From a virus (Duplodnaviria; Caudoviricetes): a DNA stretch of 64,000 nucleotides. The stretch covers positions 1-64,000 of IMG/VR virus record IMGVR_UViG_3300035396_000186. One strand, 5' to 3'. Position 1 is the stretch's first letter. Each line of letters begins with the position of its first letter. Positions 9,048-18,829 of this stretch are shown in pieces. A program made the translations under genes and the position numbers. Under the pieces are notes generated by a model, which was not told the DNA's origin, made no database searches, and saw only the letters and a list, made by a program, of their open reading frames with translations.

Positions 9048-9690
9048 GATTGATGTATTCCTAAAGAATTTATTTAAGAAGAGACAGAAAGGACCAAAAG
9101 AAGGAATTGTCGAATCTCATATCGAAAAATTATCTAAAAAGATCAGATCTTCGGGTAATTATGATTTAAATTTACAACTACTTAAAAATCCTCCTGCTGC
9201 TCCAGATAAGGAATACTATAAAAAAATAGAAGGCAGTGAGTACTACGTTTCAAACTTCGGAACAATATTAAGTTGCTATAAGGATAAGAAAAAATTTTTA
9301 TCCAATAAGTTCAGTCATAATCGTTTATTTATTGATAATAAGTACTATACTATAACTCGTTCAAATTTAGTATATGAATTATTTAATAATGAAAAACTAA
9401 AATCAAAATCTATTATATCCTTGTTTGATAAAGATCGAGGTATAGATAGTAATAATTTATTCCAAGAGAATTTCGGAGATATACTAAGAAGACGTAACAC
9501 TCAGAGAAATCAAAAACGGGGTGTATATAAGTGGTCAGATAAAAACGGTTATAGTAAATGGCGAGCTATAATCAAAATAAAGAATAAAGTAACTACTATT
9601 GGTTATTACAATAAAAGAGAAGATGCAGAGAATGCATATCATAGTGCTTTTACTAAAATATTCGGATATGAGCCGTATAAGAAGGATTAG
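9037..9690 (+). CDS. NUMOD4 / degenerate HNH / AP2-domain homing endonuclease-like protein
   Basis: YKKIEGSEYYVSNFG (NUMOD4); RGVY...KWRA.IK....IGYY..REDAENAY (AP2); central HNH histidines absent. Confidence 0.75.
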   Translation: MKNKIDVFLKNLFKKRQKGPKEGIVESHIEKLSKKIRSSGNYDLNLQLLKNPPAAPDKEYYKKIEGSEYYVSNFGTILSCYKDKKKFLSNKFSHNRLFIDNKYYTITRSNLVYELFNNEKLKSKSIISLFDKDRGIDSNNLFQENFGDILRRRNTQRNQKRGVYKWSDKNGYSKWRAIIKIKNKVTTIGYYNKREDAENAYHSAFTKIFGYEPYKKD

Positions 9691-9692
9691 TC

Positions 9693-9941
9693 ATGATAGA
9701 AATTTGTGGATGGATAGGTTCTCTTTTACTTGCATTGCGAGCTATTCCACAATTAGTTAAATCTATTAGAACTAAATCGTCTAAAGATATATCTCGTTTA
9801 TTTCTAATAATGTGGATAATTGGTAATATACTTTCTATATTATATGTGATACATTCAAATGATATTCCACTATTATTGAATTTTAGTTTGAATACTATTA
9901 TTCCAAGTATAATATTAGGAGTGAAACTTAAATATGATTAG
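9693..9941 (+). CDS. PQ-loop / SemiSWEET-like small membrane transporter
   Basis: GWIG...AIPQLVKSIRTKSSKDIS; three TM segments; 82 aa. Confidence 0.8.
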   Translation: MIEICGWIGSLLLALRAIPQLVKSIRTKSSKDISRLFLIMWIIGNILSILYVIHSNDIPLLLNFSLNTIIPSIILGVKLKYD

Positions 9942-10185
9942 ACTATTATTACTTTTATTACTAGTTAGTTGTTCTAATGGTAATAGATATAACTTAGGAG
10001 ATACTGTTAAAATCGTTGAAGGAACATATAATGGTATGTATGGAACTATTAGAGATATATTATGCTTTCAACGGATATGTGATTACAATGTAGTACTAAC
10101 ATATCCAAATAGAAAAACTGTAGTAATTAGTGAATCATATGTTGAGAAGATAGATTTAACAAATGTATATGGAATGGGTAGATGA
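9934..10185 (+). CDS. Lipoprotein with KOW motif
   Basis: Lipobox LVSC at Cys13, then LGDTVKIVEGTYNGMYGTI. Confidence 0.65.
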   Translation: MIRLLLLLLLVSCSNGNRYNLGDTVKIVEGTYNGMYGTIRDILCFQRICDYNVVLTYPNRKTVVISESYVEKIDLTNVYGMGR

Positions 10186-10448
10186 AATTAATTTTATATG
10201 TTCTAATATCTTTATTTAGTCTAAATAGTTTTAGTGGCGAGTTCTTCATTCGATTTAAACGTATATTCCCAGCAAAGAAAATCTTCTGTAAATACGAACC
10301 TTATAAATATAAACAAAGAGCTTATTTTGAAATGTGTGGAGAACATCTAATATGTTTTCCTGATATGTACAATAATAATTATATACTAATTAATCCAAGA
10401 ACAGGTGAAAGTAAAGAAGTTGAAAGAGAATGGTTTTTGACCCATTGA
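10182..10448 (+). CDS. Putative exported protein
   Basis: Hydrophobic signal-like N-terminus, 88 aa. Confidence 0.55.
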   Translation: MKLILYVLISLFSLNSFSGEFFIRFKRIFPAKKIFCKYEPYKYKQRAYFEMCGEHLICFPDMYNNNYILINPRTGESKEVEREWFLTH

Positions 10449-10473
10449 TAATATAGAATTTATATGTTATACT
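10445..10473 (+). promoter_or_regulatory. Sigma70-type promoter
   Basis: TTGATA-17-TATACT with extended TG. Confidence 0.7.
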
Positions 10474-10492
10474 TTTTAAAAAGGAAATAGAG

Positions 10493-11863
10493 ATGAAGAG
10501 ATACGTCATTACTAGCTATATACCGAACAGTAAAGTTGATGATGCATTTATCAGAACATTGATAGCTTACTGTAAACGAACGGATGCTAAATTATTAATT
10601 AGTCAAACACAACCTAATTATAGAGAAGATATTGAAAATGATAGAAGTAACTTCCTAAGTTCTTTAAAATCTAATAATCCCGGTCTTGTTAATATAGTTA
10701 AAGAAAATCAATCACTTAACGATAACATTATGATCTCTCAGGTTAAAGTTAATGTTAACTTGACAGATCCAGTATCTGGTCTAGAAGGAATCGCTGCGAG
10801 GCAAGGAAGCCTCATCATTCCATACCCACGTCAAAGAGCTAAAATGGTACCTAGAATGCTTAAAGAGAACAGAGCTCCTAGAGGTATATGGTGTACAGGA
10901 ACTGTGTCAGAACCGTATTATAAAGATACTAAGAGTGGTTCAAGAATGGCTGAGTTCCATTTGAAGGGAGCTCTAATAGTAGAGATACTAAATAAGTCTT
11001 ATTTTAATGTTAGACAACTTCAATGGGATGAACAATCTAAAGGGTTTTATGACCTAACTACTTTTTATTCTGGAGCAAAAAAAGTGGTTGAAGTAATAAA
11101 GAATGTTCCGATTGAAGCTTTATCTCTGGGTGATGATCACGCAGTATTTCTAAATAGAAAGATAGTAGAGAAGACTAAACAGTTAATTAAACAATTAAGT
11201 CCTAAGAAGATATATCATCATGATACTTTAGATTGTGCTAGTATATCACATCACGTTCAGTATAAACATATTACTAAAGCTTTGATCAATATGACTTTAA
11301 CTGAAGAGATTAAAGTAACTTCTGATTATCTTAAAGAAATGATAGCTTCATCTAAAGCTGAACATTACTTAGTAGCTTCTAACCACGTAGAACATTTAGA
11401 TAAATATCTTGAAGAAGCTAGATATGTAAATGATACGTTCAATCATATTATCGGATTGGAGTTAGCACTTGCTAAAGCTAAAGGACATAATCCGTTAGAA
11501 TGGGCGTTAAACCGGATTCATAAACTTGAACGATTTAATGTTATGACTCGTAAAGATACAATGAAAGTTTGTGGCTATGAAATGTTATGTCATGGAGATT
11601 ATGGTTCAAATGGATCTAGGGGTAATGCTAAAGATGTAGGATTAGTTTATGCAGGTAAAGTAGTTACTGGACATTCACACAGTCCAGAGATTTCAGTATA
11701 TAATAACCCAGTAAATGGTACTATGACAGATCTTAATTTACCGTATACTAACGATAGTGCTGGAAGTAAATGGTTTTGGACTCATACTATAATATATAAG
11801 AATGGAACCTTTAGTCAGATAGCGTTATTACCGGACGATATCTATAAAGATAAACAGGAGTAA
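10493..11863 (+). CDS. Calcineurin-like metallophosphoesterase domain protein
   Basis: C-terminal motifs GDDH, HHDTLD, SNH, CHGD, GHSH in canonical order; 456 aa. Confidence 0.75.
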   Translation: MKRYVITSYIPNSKVDDAFIRTLIAYCKRTDAKLLISQTQPNYREDIENDRSNFLSSLKSNNPGLVNIVKENQSLNDNIMISQVKVNVNLTDPVSGLEGIAARQGSLIIPYPRQRAKMVPRMLKENRAPRGIWCTGTVSEPYYKDTKSGSRMAEFHLKGALIVEILNKSYFNVRQLQWDEQSKGFYDLTTFYSGAKKVVEVIKNVPIEALSLGDDHAVFLNRKIVEKTKQLIKQLSPKKIYHHDTLDCASISHHVQYKHITKALINMTLTEEIKVTSDYLKEMIASSKAEHYLVASNHVEHLDKYLEEARYVNDTFNHIIGLELALAKAKGHNPLEWALNRIHKLERFNVMTRKDTMKVCGYEMLCHGDYGSNGSRGNAKDVGLVYAGKVVTGHSHSPEISVYNNPVNGTMTDLNLPYTNDSAGSKWFWTHTIIYKNGTFSQIALLPDDIYKDKQE

Positions 11864-11865
11864 TT

Positions 11866-12204
11866 ATGAGGTCGATAACTCTCAATGTGAAAGGAACGGA
11901 CTGGACATTTAGACTCCTAGGCGATAAAGCTTTCACTAAGAAGCATAAATCTGAAGAAGGTGAAGTAACCGAAGCTATAACTATATTAGAGAGTAAAGTC
12001 GTCGAGTTCAATAAGATATATTTGAAACCCACCGTTGTGATTCATGAGCTAACTCATGTGTTCTTTGGATCATCGTTAGTTGAAACTGCATCGTTAGATA
12101 AAAATCAAGTTGAGGAAGTTATGTGTGAAATAAATGCTCATCATATTATGGATATTGTTGCAATGACAAATAAGATACTCCAAGCATTTATGATACAAGA
12201 TTAA
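11866..12204 (+). CDS. HExxH zinc-metallopeptidase-like protein
   Basis: VVIHELTHVF plus downstream EEV. Confidence 0.65.
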   Translation: MRSITLNVKGTDWTFRLLGDKAFTKKHKSEEGEVTEAITILESKVVEFNKIYLKPTVVIHELTHVFFGSSLVETASLDKNQVEEVMCEINAHHIMDIVAMTNKILQAFMIQD

Positions 12205-12261
12205 GCTTGTAATTTAAATCAAAATACTATACAATAAATATAAGTTAAAAGGAGTCTATAA

Positions 12262-12903
12262 ATGTTATTATCTTTTAGTGGTGAAAGACTAGTAGGTAAG
12301 GATACAGCAGCAGAAGTTTTAATAAACGAATTTGGTTTTAAACGGAAAGCATTAGCTGATCCCTTAAAAGAAATATGTTCAGAAGTATTCTGTATAGATT
12401 TAAAGTATTTCCATGATCAAGAACTAAAGGAGAAGCCATTCAAAAAACCTTTACAAGTAACTAAAGGACATCTAAAAAGGCTACTAGATTACTGTGCTCA
12501 ATATGAAGATGTATCAGGTAGAGCGTATGTCCAAGTACTTAATACTTGTTGTGTTCAACTAGAAACGCCTAGAAAGATATTACAATATATAGGTTCAGAT
12601 GTTATTAGACAGTATATAAGTAGTTCTTTCTGGTTAGATTTAGCTATGAAGACATTACCGTTTAATGATAGCAATGTTGTTGTAACTGATTCTAGATTTG
12701 CTAATGAACGTGACTCTCTTAAGAAATGTGGAGGTCAGTTATGTTTAATACAAAGACCTATGGATAAACCTAAAGATGTACATCTAAGTGAAAATGATTT
12801 AGGAACTTTAAATGACTATCATCACGTTATAAATAATAATAAGTCATTAGAAGAATTTAGATCTTCAGTAAAGGAATGGTATAAGGCTAACTTTGGAGGT
12901 TAA
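12262..12903 (+). CDS. Deoxynucleoside monophosphate kinase
   Basis: SGERLVGKDT P-loop, ALADPLKE, RKILQYIG, VVVTDSRFANE, HLSE. Confidence 0.9.
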   Translation: MLLSFSGERLVGKDTAAEVLINEFGFKRKALADPLKEICSEVFCIDLKYFHDQELKEKPFKKPLQVTKGHLKRLLDYCAQYEDVSGRAYVQVLNTCCVQLETPRKILQYIGSDVIRQYISSSFWLDLAMKTLPFNDSNVVVTDSRFANERDSLKKCGGQLCLIQRPMDKPKDVHLSENDLGTLNDYHHVINNNKSLEEFRSSVKEWYKANFGG

Positions 12904-12906
12904 TAC

Positions 12907-13203
12907 ATGAGTCGAACTCTTAGACACATCTCAGCAAGTAGTGGTAAAAAAGAAGAGGAACTCAGTCGGCTAAGGAGATTAGTAAGTGATCAAAAACAAG
13001 TAATTTTAAGATTAGAAAGAGTTATACGGGATTTACAAAAAGTTATAGATAATAAAGGTTACAAGATAAAACCTGAGAAAGTAAAACCTGAAGAGAAAAA
13101 GATAAGTAAAGAATTAAAGAAAGAACAAGATTTTGAGGAGTTTAGAAGGAAACTAATTGAACAAGTTAGAAGTAAACCTAAACCTGATAATATACCAGAT
13201 TAA
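12907..13203 (+). CDS. Coiled-coil basic hypothetical protein
   Basis: 98 aa, heptad-rich. Confidence 0.6.
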   Translation: MSRTLRHISASSGKKEEELSRLRRLVSDQKQVILRLERVIRDLQKVIDNKGYKIKPEKVKPEEKKISKELKKEQDFEEFRRKLIEQVRSKPKPDNIPD

Positions 13204-13211
13204 GGAATATA

Positions 13212-13547
13212 ATGGCTAAGATAATTACACTTAAAGCATTTATCATATCAACATTAAGACGTGCTAGTTATAGATGGCCAGCTAGAAATAATGCACAGAA
13301 ACGAGCTAGGATATCTAGGGGTATATATAAATGTGAATTATGTGGCAATGAGATGAAAGCTAAAGATACAGTGAAAGATCATATACATCCAGTAGTAGAT
13401 GTCACTAAAGGATTTACTACCTGGGATGATTATATTAATAGAATGTTCTGTGATGAATCGGGGTTTCAAGTTATATGCAGTACATGTCATACAAAAAAGA
13501 GTGATAATGAACGTGAATTGCGTAAATTATATAGGAAGAAGAAATGA
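13212..13547 (+). CDS. HNH endonuclease
   Basis: CELCG...DHIHPV...N...QVICSTCHTKKS. Confidence 0.85.
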   Translation: MAKIITLKAFIISTLRRASYRWPARNNAQKRARISRGIYKCELCGNEMKAKDTVKDHIHPVVDVTKGFTTWDDYINRMFCDESGFQVICSTCHTKKSDNERELRKLYRKKK

Positions 13548-13699
13548 AAGAACTAACTCTGTGCTGTGAACATTGTAATCAAGAAACTCAAGATATTGAT
13601 TTATATGATATTGAAGAAGAGATTGTATGTTACAAATGCTTATGTGAATTATTTAATAAAGATGAAGATGTAACCGCTGTTCGTCTTTGTAAGGAGTAG
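13544..13699 (+). CDS. Small zinc-finger protein not in the ORF track (51 aa)
   Basis: MKELTLCCEHC...VCYKC; ATGA coupling, AGGA SD. Confidence 0.6.
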   Translation: MKELTLCCEHCNQETQDIDLYDIEEEIVCYKCLCELFNKDEDVTAVRLCKE

Positions 13700-13701
13700 T
13701 C

Positions 13702-13953
13702 ATGTCAGGTGGAAGTTGGAATTACAAGGAACATAATATATACGCAATTATTGAAGATATATGTGATGATGAACGTATGAAGAAGAAAGTACCTAAACTA
13801 ACTAAATTGATATATAGACTAGGTTTAGAGTTATCAACTACTCTTCATGATTTAGATTACGATTTTGCAGGAGATACTGAAATAGAAGACTTTAATAAGT
13901 TCGAGAATGAAGCGATGGATAAACTATTGAAATGTTTTAAGTTTAAGAAGTAG
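13702..13953 (+). CDS. Hypothetical protein
   Basis: 83 aa starting MSGGSWNY, AAGGAG SD. Confidence 0.7.
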   Translation: MSGGSWNYKEHNIYAIIEDICDDERMKKKVPKLTKLIYRLGLELSTTLHDLDYDFAGDTEIEDFNKFENEAMDKLLKCFKFKK

Positions 13954-14004
13954 TTTGACTTTAATATAGATTTTATGATAATATGTACTAATTAGGAGTT
14001 AACA

Positions 14005-14256
14005 TTGAATTACACATACTATTTAGTAGCTAATGAAATTGTAAATGAATCTCAAGAAAAACCGGAGACTTCAAAATCAATTTATAATAACTCTGTCAGT
14101 ATTGTAGCTAAAAAAGAAATAACAAAACAAGATAATCAAGAAAATAACTCTCTGTATATTCCCTTTTGTATATTAATTTTATTCACTTTTATATTTTTAG
14201 TTTTCACAAAAAGTTTCGATTCAATGACATCAATAACAAAGAAAAGGAGTTGCTAA
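14005..14256 (+). CDS. Membrane protein
   Basis: TTG start after AGGAG, single TM segment; TTGACT promoter-like site at 13955. Confidence 0.5.
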   Translation: MNYTYYLVANEIVNESQEKPETSKSIYNNSVSIVAKKEITKQDNQENNSLYIPFCILILFTFIFLVFTKSFDSMTSITKKRSC

Positions 14257-14486
14257 TGTATAAAATTCTTAAAGAAGGTATTAAAAATTATTGGACATTT
14301 TTTATCAATGTGTTTTGTTTAGTCGGTATATCCTATATGTGGTTGAAACATCATTATCCGTCATTTTATTTAATCGACTTATATCTTTTTTTAATTTGGT
14401 TAACATTTAATACGTTAAACGCTTTCGGCTTGATTGAAATAAAGTATAATTTTAAAATCAAATTTTTTACTAAAAAGACAACGTGA
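14256..14486 (+). CDS. Two-TM membrane protein
   Basis: AAGGAG SD, TAATG coupling, two hydrophobic helices. Confidence 0.55.
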   Translation: MYKILKEGIKNYWTFFINVFCLVGISYMWLKHHYPSFYLIDLYLFLIWLTFNTLNAFGLIEIKYNFKIKFFTKKTT

Positions 14487-14620
14487 GGTATATATGAAAA
14501 CATTTACATCAATTATAGGATTCTGTTTTATTACTGGTACAATTAGTATGTTCGTATTAGCTATATTAGTTAATATTTCGACAACATTAGAGAGTTACTC
14601 AACTTATATATAGGAGTTTT

Positions 14621-14899
14621 ATGCAGACTATCAAATCAATATTCTTGGGCATTATAGGCATTATTGGTGCAATTTGTGCATTCTTATTCTTTAGGAATAA
14701 AGGTCTAGATAAAGACCAAGAGGAAATGAATAGAAAGATCCGTGAAAAAGAAGCGCTTATATCTAAGACATCTGCTGATATTATTGCCGAAGTTGAGAAA
14801 CAACAAAAGATAGTTGCTGAAGGTGAAACTAAGAAAGACACAACTAAAGATATGTCAGGAGAAGACTTAGCTAAAGACTTTAACGATAGGTATAAATAG
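14621..14899 (+). CDS. N-terminal TM plus coiled-coil protein (inner-spanin-like topology)
   Basis: TM at residues ~7-24 followed by a long charged helix. Confidence 0.55.
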   Translation: MQTIKSIFLGIIGIIGAICAFLFFRNKGLDKDQEEMNRKIREKEALISKTSADIIAEVEKQQKIVAEGETKKDTTKDMSGEDLAKDFNDRYK

Positions 14900-14900
14900 T

Positions 14901-15272
14901 ATGAAATTAATATCTCTAATAATCGCAATATGTCTATTTACAGAGGTTTACGCTCAAAGTACTTACTTAAAAAAAGGTGATATAACCCCGAATGAAGGTA
15001 TATTATTTGACATAACTACTGCTAAGAAAATGCGTAATGATCTAATAGATAAAGATACTAATGAGAAGATGATTGACTCATATAAAAAGTCAATTGACCT
15101 AAAAGATCTATCAATCAAAATACGTAAAGAACAAGTCGATATGCTTATGGAGCAGAATGATAAACTTATTAAACAGAAAGAAGCTAGTGAATATGAAAAG
15201 TATTTATGGTTTGGCTTAGGCATATTTATCATGGGTGGAGCAGTTTGGGGTGCTGGACAACTGCGTAAATAA
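14901..15272 (+). CDS. Signal peptide, coiled coil and C-terminal TM protein
   Basis: Signal-like N-terminus, heptads, LWFGLGIFIMGGAVWG anchor. Confidence 0.55.
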   Translation: MKLISLIIAICLFTEVYAQSTYLKKGDITPNEGILFDITTAKKMRNDLIDKDTNEKMIDSYKKSIDLKDLSIKIRKEQVDMLMEQNDKLIKQKEASEYEKYLWFGLGIFIMGGAVWGAGQLRK

Positions 15273-15274
15273 AA

Positions 15275-16003
15275 ATGAAAGATACTAAAGACTTATTAAA
15301 CTTTCTAGATTCCGATTTGGAATATCTTGATGTTGATCTAAAGGTCGAAGAAAATCCACTTGAAAAAATGGTCATTAAATTTATAACCGATAACGAGTTA
15401 ACTGATGGTGAATATGAAGTTCATGGTTCTTTCTTATTCAGAGCTTTTCAGTATACATACGTTGATTATAGTGTAACCCGACAAGAGTTTTATGAGGTTA
15501 TCAGATCTAAGCTTAAAAATAGTCCTGGAAGAAATGTATACTTTGTTAATCAAGCTCCTTTATTCTTTAGTAGTAAATACTTAACTAAAGGAATACAACG
15601 AGTCGTTAATAAACCCATGAGAAAGTATCATCGTAAACAAATTGAAGAGTTCACTAAACAATATGAATTGGATAAGAACCCTGAAGGTTGGATTCATAGT
15701 CATATACTATATGCCATATTTAAGCATACTCATCCTAAAAGTTGGATTACGGTTGTTCCTTTTACTAAAGGGATAGCTCTATATCTTAAAACTAAAAGAG
15801 TTAAACATCACTGGTATTTTTATATTAACTGTGGTAAACTAGATTCATTCATCAAAATAATTGATACGGATAAAATCAATTTAGGTATAAACAAAGGATT
15901 GTTAAATGAAGAAACGAGGAACAAAGAAGAGCTCCAAAAAAAATTCACAAAGGGAAAGAACCAAATATCCGGCATTAGACCCCTCTTTAAACTTAAAAAC
16001 TAG
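15275..16003 (+). CDS. Hypothetical protein, possibly tandem winged-helix DNA-binding domains
   Basis: 242 aa with two similar segments (KFITDNEL..GEYEVHGSFLFRAF / EFTKQYEL...EGWIHSHILYAIF). Confidence 0.5.
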   Translation: MKDTKDLLNFLDSDLEYLDVDLKVEENPLEKMVIKFITDNELTDGEYEVHGSFLFRAFQYTYVDYSVTRQEFYEVIRSKLKNSPGRNVYFVNQAPLFFSSKYLTKGIQRVVNKPMRKYHRKQIEEFTKQYELDKNPEGWIHSHILYAIFKHTHPKSWITVVPFTKGIALYLKTKRVKHHWYFYINCGKLDSFIKIIDTDKINLGINKGLLNEETRNKEELQKKFTKGKNQISGIRPLFKLKN

Positions 16004-16397
16004 ATTTGAAGAAATAGAAGATATGCATAGTTATGCGCATAAACTATCTCCTGCTGAGAAGGATTGGTTAAATCGATTCTCTCAAGAGTATGTCTGTGCT
16101 AATCCTAATCATAAAGGTGAGAAAATACATACTTCTAAAGAAGATTGGAAAGCTATATACTTAAAGAATAATGGTAGAAATAGATGTATCTTTACGAAAG
16201 AGAAAGCACAAGGTTGTTTGAATTACTTAAATGATTATTTATCAGAAACAGATTTTGATCTTTTAAATGCTTCCATTCTTTCAGAAACATCAGAAAGTCC
16301 AGGAATGGATGAAGACTTACCTATTGTCTTAGCTTCGGATTTACCAGAAGAAGGTTCGATCTTATTAGATGCTCCAGCTTCTGAAGAAGAATCCTGA
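15906..16397 (+). CDS. Hypothetical protein, last early-strand gene
   Basis: 163 aa, basic N-terminus and acidic tail. Confidence 0.7.
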   Translation: MKKRGTKKSSKKNSQRERTKYPALDPSLNLKTRFEEIEDMHSYAHKLSPAEKDWLNRFSQEYVCANPNHKGEKIHTSKEDWKAIYLKNNGRNRCIFTKEKAQGCLNYLNDYLSETDFDLLNASILSETSESPGMDEDLPIVLASDLPEEGSILLDAPASEEES

Positions 16398-16801
16398 GAA
16401 TTTTGTTTAATATCTTTCATATCAATACCAGCAGATTTAGTAAACTTTTGTATTAATACTGTAAATAGATTAGATCCATATACTAAATTAAGATTTTCAA
16501 ATATACTGATTAACTCAACAAATCCTATTAACCCACCAACCATTTTAGTTACTGGAAGTGTATCTCCTAGTAAATACTTTTCAACTAGAAAAGAAGAAAC
16601 TATAGCTAATTGATATACTATTACTTTGTATATAGTCTTTCTTAGTATCTTAGATTTGATAGATTGTTTGTTCTTTAGAGCTGCTACGAAGCCTGCAGTT
16701 AGATCAAAGAACACTAATACTAGAACTGTTAGTATAACTGTTTGGATAGGAGCTAGAACTCCTACAACGCTAAAGAATGATGCGTTGATTAAGTTCTTCA
16801 C
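16235..16801 (-). CDS. Phage holin (holin family 4-like)
   Basis: Three TM segments; DLTAGF.AA......SK.LRK...K...Y and ELISIFEN signatures. Confidence 0.75.
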   Translation of the reverse strand: MKNLINASFFSVVGVLAPIQTVILTVLVLVFFDLTAGFVAALKNKQSIKSKILRKTIYKVIVYQLAIVSSFLVEKYLLGDTLPVTKMVGGLIGFVELISIFENLNLVYGSNLFTVLIQKFTKSAGIDMKDIKQNSQDSSSEAGASNKIEPSSGKSEAKTIGKSSSIPGLSDVSERMEAFKRSKSVSDK

Positions 16802-16803
16802 AA

Positions 16804-18816
16804 TTACTCCTCAGTTTTACCCATTAATTGTCTAGCTTCTTTATCTTGGTTTAGAATGAACATTGTTTTAGTTTGAAGATCTTTGTTTTTACTATCTATT
16901 GCTTGTTTTAATGTAGTACCTAATTTTTGTAATCTAGGATTACTAGAAGTTGTCATAGTAGTAGCAACTTCGTTATGTCTTTGTGTTTGATCATCATTTA
17001 TTGTATGTTGTGAAGCAACTTCGGCAACTGGAGCAGCAACTATAGGTTTAGTAGTTATAGCTTTATTTGTAGTTTGAGTAAGGGTTTGCATTAATGGTTT
17101 AAAATTCTTAAGAGTTAATAGTTTTTCTTGAAATTCAGGTTTTTTCGTTAAAAAATTAGTAATTGTATCACTACGTTTTAGTAAAGCTGTTGAAATTGGT
17201 TTACTTAACATACCAACTCCTGCTCCTACTGCAGCAGCTTTAGGATCAAATGAACCGCCTGACATACCACCTACTGCAGCACCTAATCCCATTCTTAACC
17301 CCATAGTTGCACCTTGATTATAGAATTTTTCTTTATCTATTTTATTAGATAAAACCATACCTTTCAATTTATCAACCAATTCGCTAGCATATTGCGGATT
17401 ATCTTGAGCGATAGTTTCTAATTTATTTCTTGCTTCAAATTTTTCGGGAGATATTAATCCTTTAGTTTTAGTAACAGTCGTATCTGTGGGTCTAAATATA
17501 CGTTCTCCATCAATTTTTTTACCTTGCAAATTGAAAAGTTTTTGTAAATCTTGAGCTTTATTGATTAGATCCTCTTGTTTTAAACGAATATCACTATATT
17601 CACTTATTCCTTTTTCCTTCAATCTTTCTTTTAAAGGATTTTTGAGATCATGATGTAAACTATTAAAAAACTTCGCAGCATCTTTTTGTTTTAAATCATA
17701 AAAAGTATCAGCTTTTTCTAGAAGCATCTTAGAGATATCGTTATACTCTTTTTCGGAAATCATGTCAATTCCGTTAATCTTATCTCCACCATACTTTTTG
17801 TTTACATCTTCTAACATCTCAGTAAGATCTTTTTGGTACATTACTTTAGATTTAGGAATAAATGTTTCTCCGGTATTAACATTAGTCTCTTTTAATTTAC
17901 TTTGAATAATATCGTCAATATCTGTTAATTTAATGTTCTTTTCAGTACTCAATAAATTATCCGCTTGTTTTCCAATATCAGTAGCTTCTTTATGTAACGT
18001 ATTTGTTAAGTCTGAAATTTCTGATACATATTTCTTAAAAGCATCAGGTTCTTTAAGAACTGTGTCAGCTTGACGAATAAGAGGTGCTAATTTCTTAATC
18101 TCTTCAACTTCTTCAGCAGTTCTACCTGTTAGAAATTTGCGTACACTTGGAGCAACTTTTTTTCCAAGTTCAACAACACTAGTTCCTGCTCCACCTAATG
18201 CTCCACCTATTGCTCCACCTTCGGCTGTAGCTTTAAGTGTGTCAATAGTTGCTTCGCCTAATTCTTTTCCTTCAGATTTACCAATAGAAGCAAGACCTGA
18301 TAGTCCTGCACCACTAATAAGACCTGATGTTGCATTAAGTGCAATTTTATTAGCAGCTATTTTCGGAGCTAGCTTAGTCAATACCTTACCAGCTAATCCA
18401 ACTCCACCAACTCCAGGCGCTAATGCCAGTCCAACATTACCGGCAATATCTCCAGCCATATAACTTTTAGGATTAGCTTCTTCAGCAGCCTTATATGCAG
18501 CACGACTTTCTTCTAATGATTGTTGACGGGTTTTATCTGTAAGAAGACTTTCGAGTATAGCAGTTCCTTCATCGGCAAATCCTAAAGTTGCACCTTGTGC
18601 CCCACCTCGTAATAATGATTCTAGTTTAGATACTTCAGGTTTAGTTTGTTCAGATACTGGTTGTTGAACTTTAGGCATAGAAGACGCAGTTTTAAGATGA
18701 TTTTCAACTTCATCTAATTCAGAGTCACTTAGTTTAGAATAGTCAATAGGTTTACCAGATTTAAAATGATCTTCAACCATGTCTAAGTTTTGATCTGAAA
18801 ACTTTGAATAATCCAT
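16804..18816 (-). CDS. Internal virion / DNA ejection protein (large)
   Basis: 670 aa, GAAQGATLGFADE motif, Gly/Ala-rich helical segments, end of the tail module. Confidence 0.65.
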   Translation of the reverse strand: MDYSKFSDQNLDMVEDHFKSGKPIDYSKLSDSELDEVENHLKTASSMPKVQQPVSEQTKPEVSKLESLLRGGAQGATLGFADEGTAILESLLTDKTRQQSLEESRAAYKAAEEANPKSYMAGDIAGNVGLALAPGVGGVGLAGKVLTKLAPKIAANKIALNATSGLISGAGLSGLASIGKSEGKELGEATIDTLKATAEGGAIGGALGGAGTSVVELGKKVAPSVRKFLTGRTAEEVEEIKKLAPLIRQADTVLKEPDAFKKYVSEISDLTNTLHKEATDIGKQADNLLSTEKNIKLTDIDDIIQSKLKETNVNTGETFIPKSKVMYQKDLTEMLEDVNKKYGGDKINGIDMISEKEYNDISKMLLEKADTFYDLKQKDAAKFFNSLHHDLKNPLKERLKEKGISEYSDIRLKQEDLINKAQDLQKLFNLQGKKIDGERIFRPTDTTVTKTKGLISPEKFEARNKLETIAQDNPQYASELVDKLKGMVLSNKIDKEKFYNQGATMGLRMGLGAAVGGMSGGSFDPKAAAVGAGVGMLSKPISTALLKRSDTITNFLTKKPEFQEKLLTLKNFKPLMQTLTQTTNKAITTKPIVAAPVAEVASQHTINDDQTQRHNEVATTMTTSSNPRLQKLGTTLKQAIDSKNKDLQTKTMFILNQDKEARQLMGKTEE

Positions 18817-18829
18817 TATTAACTCCTAA

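Noticed and set aside
14901-15272. Unimolecular spanin
   Set aside because: The Cys context (IAIC) is not a canonical lipobox; kept only as a TM/coiled-coil protein
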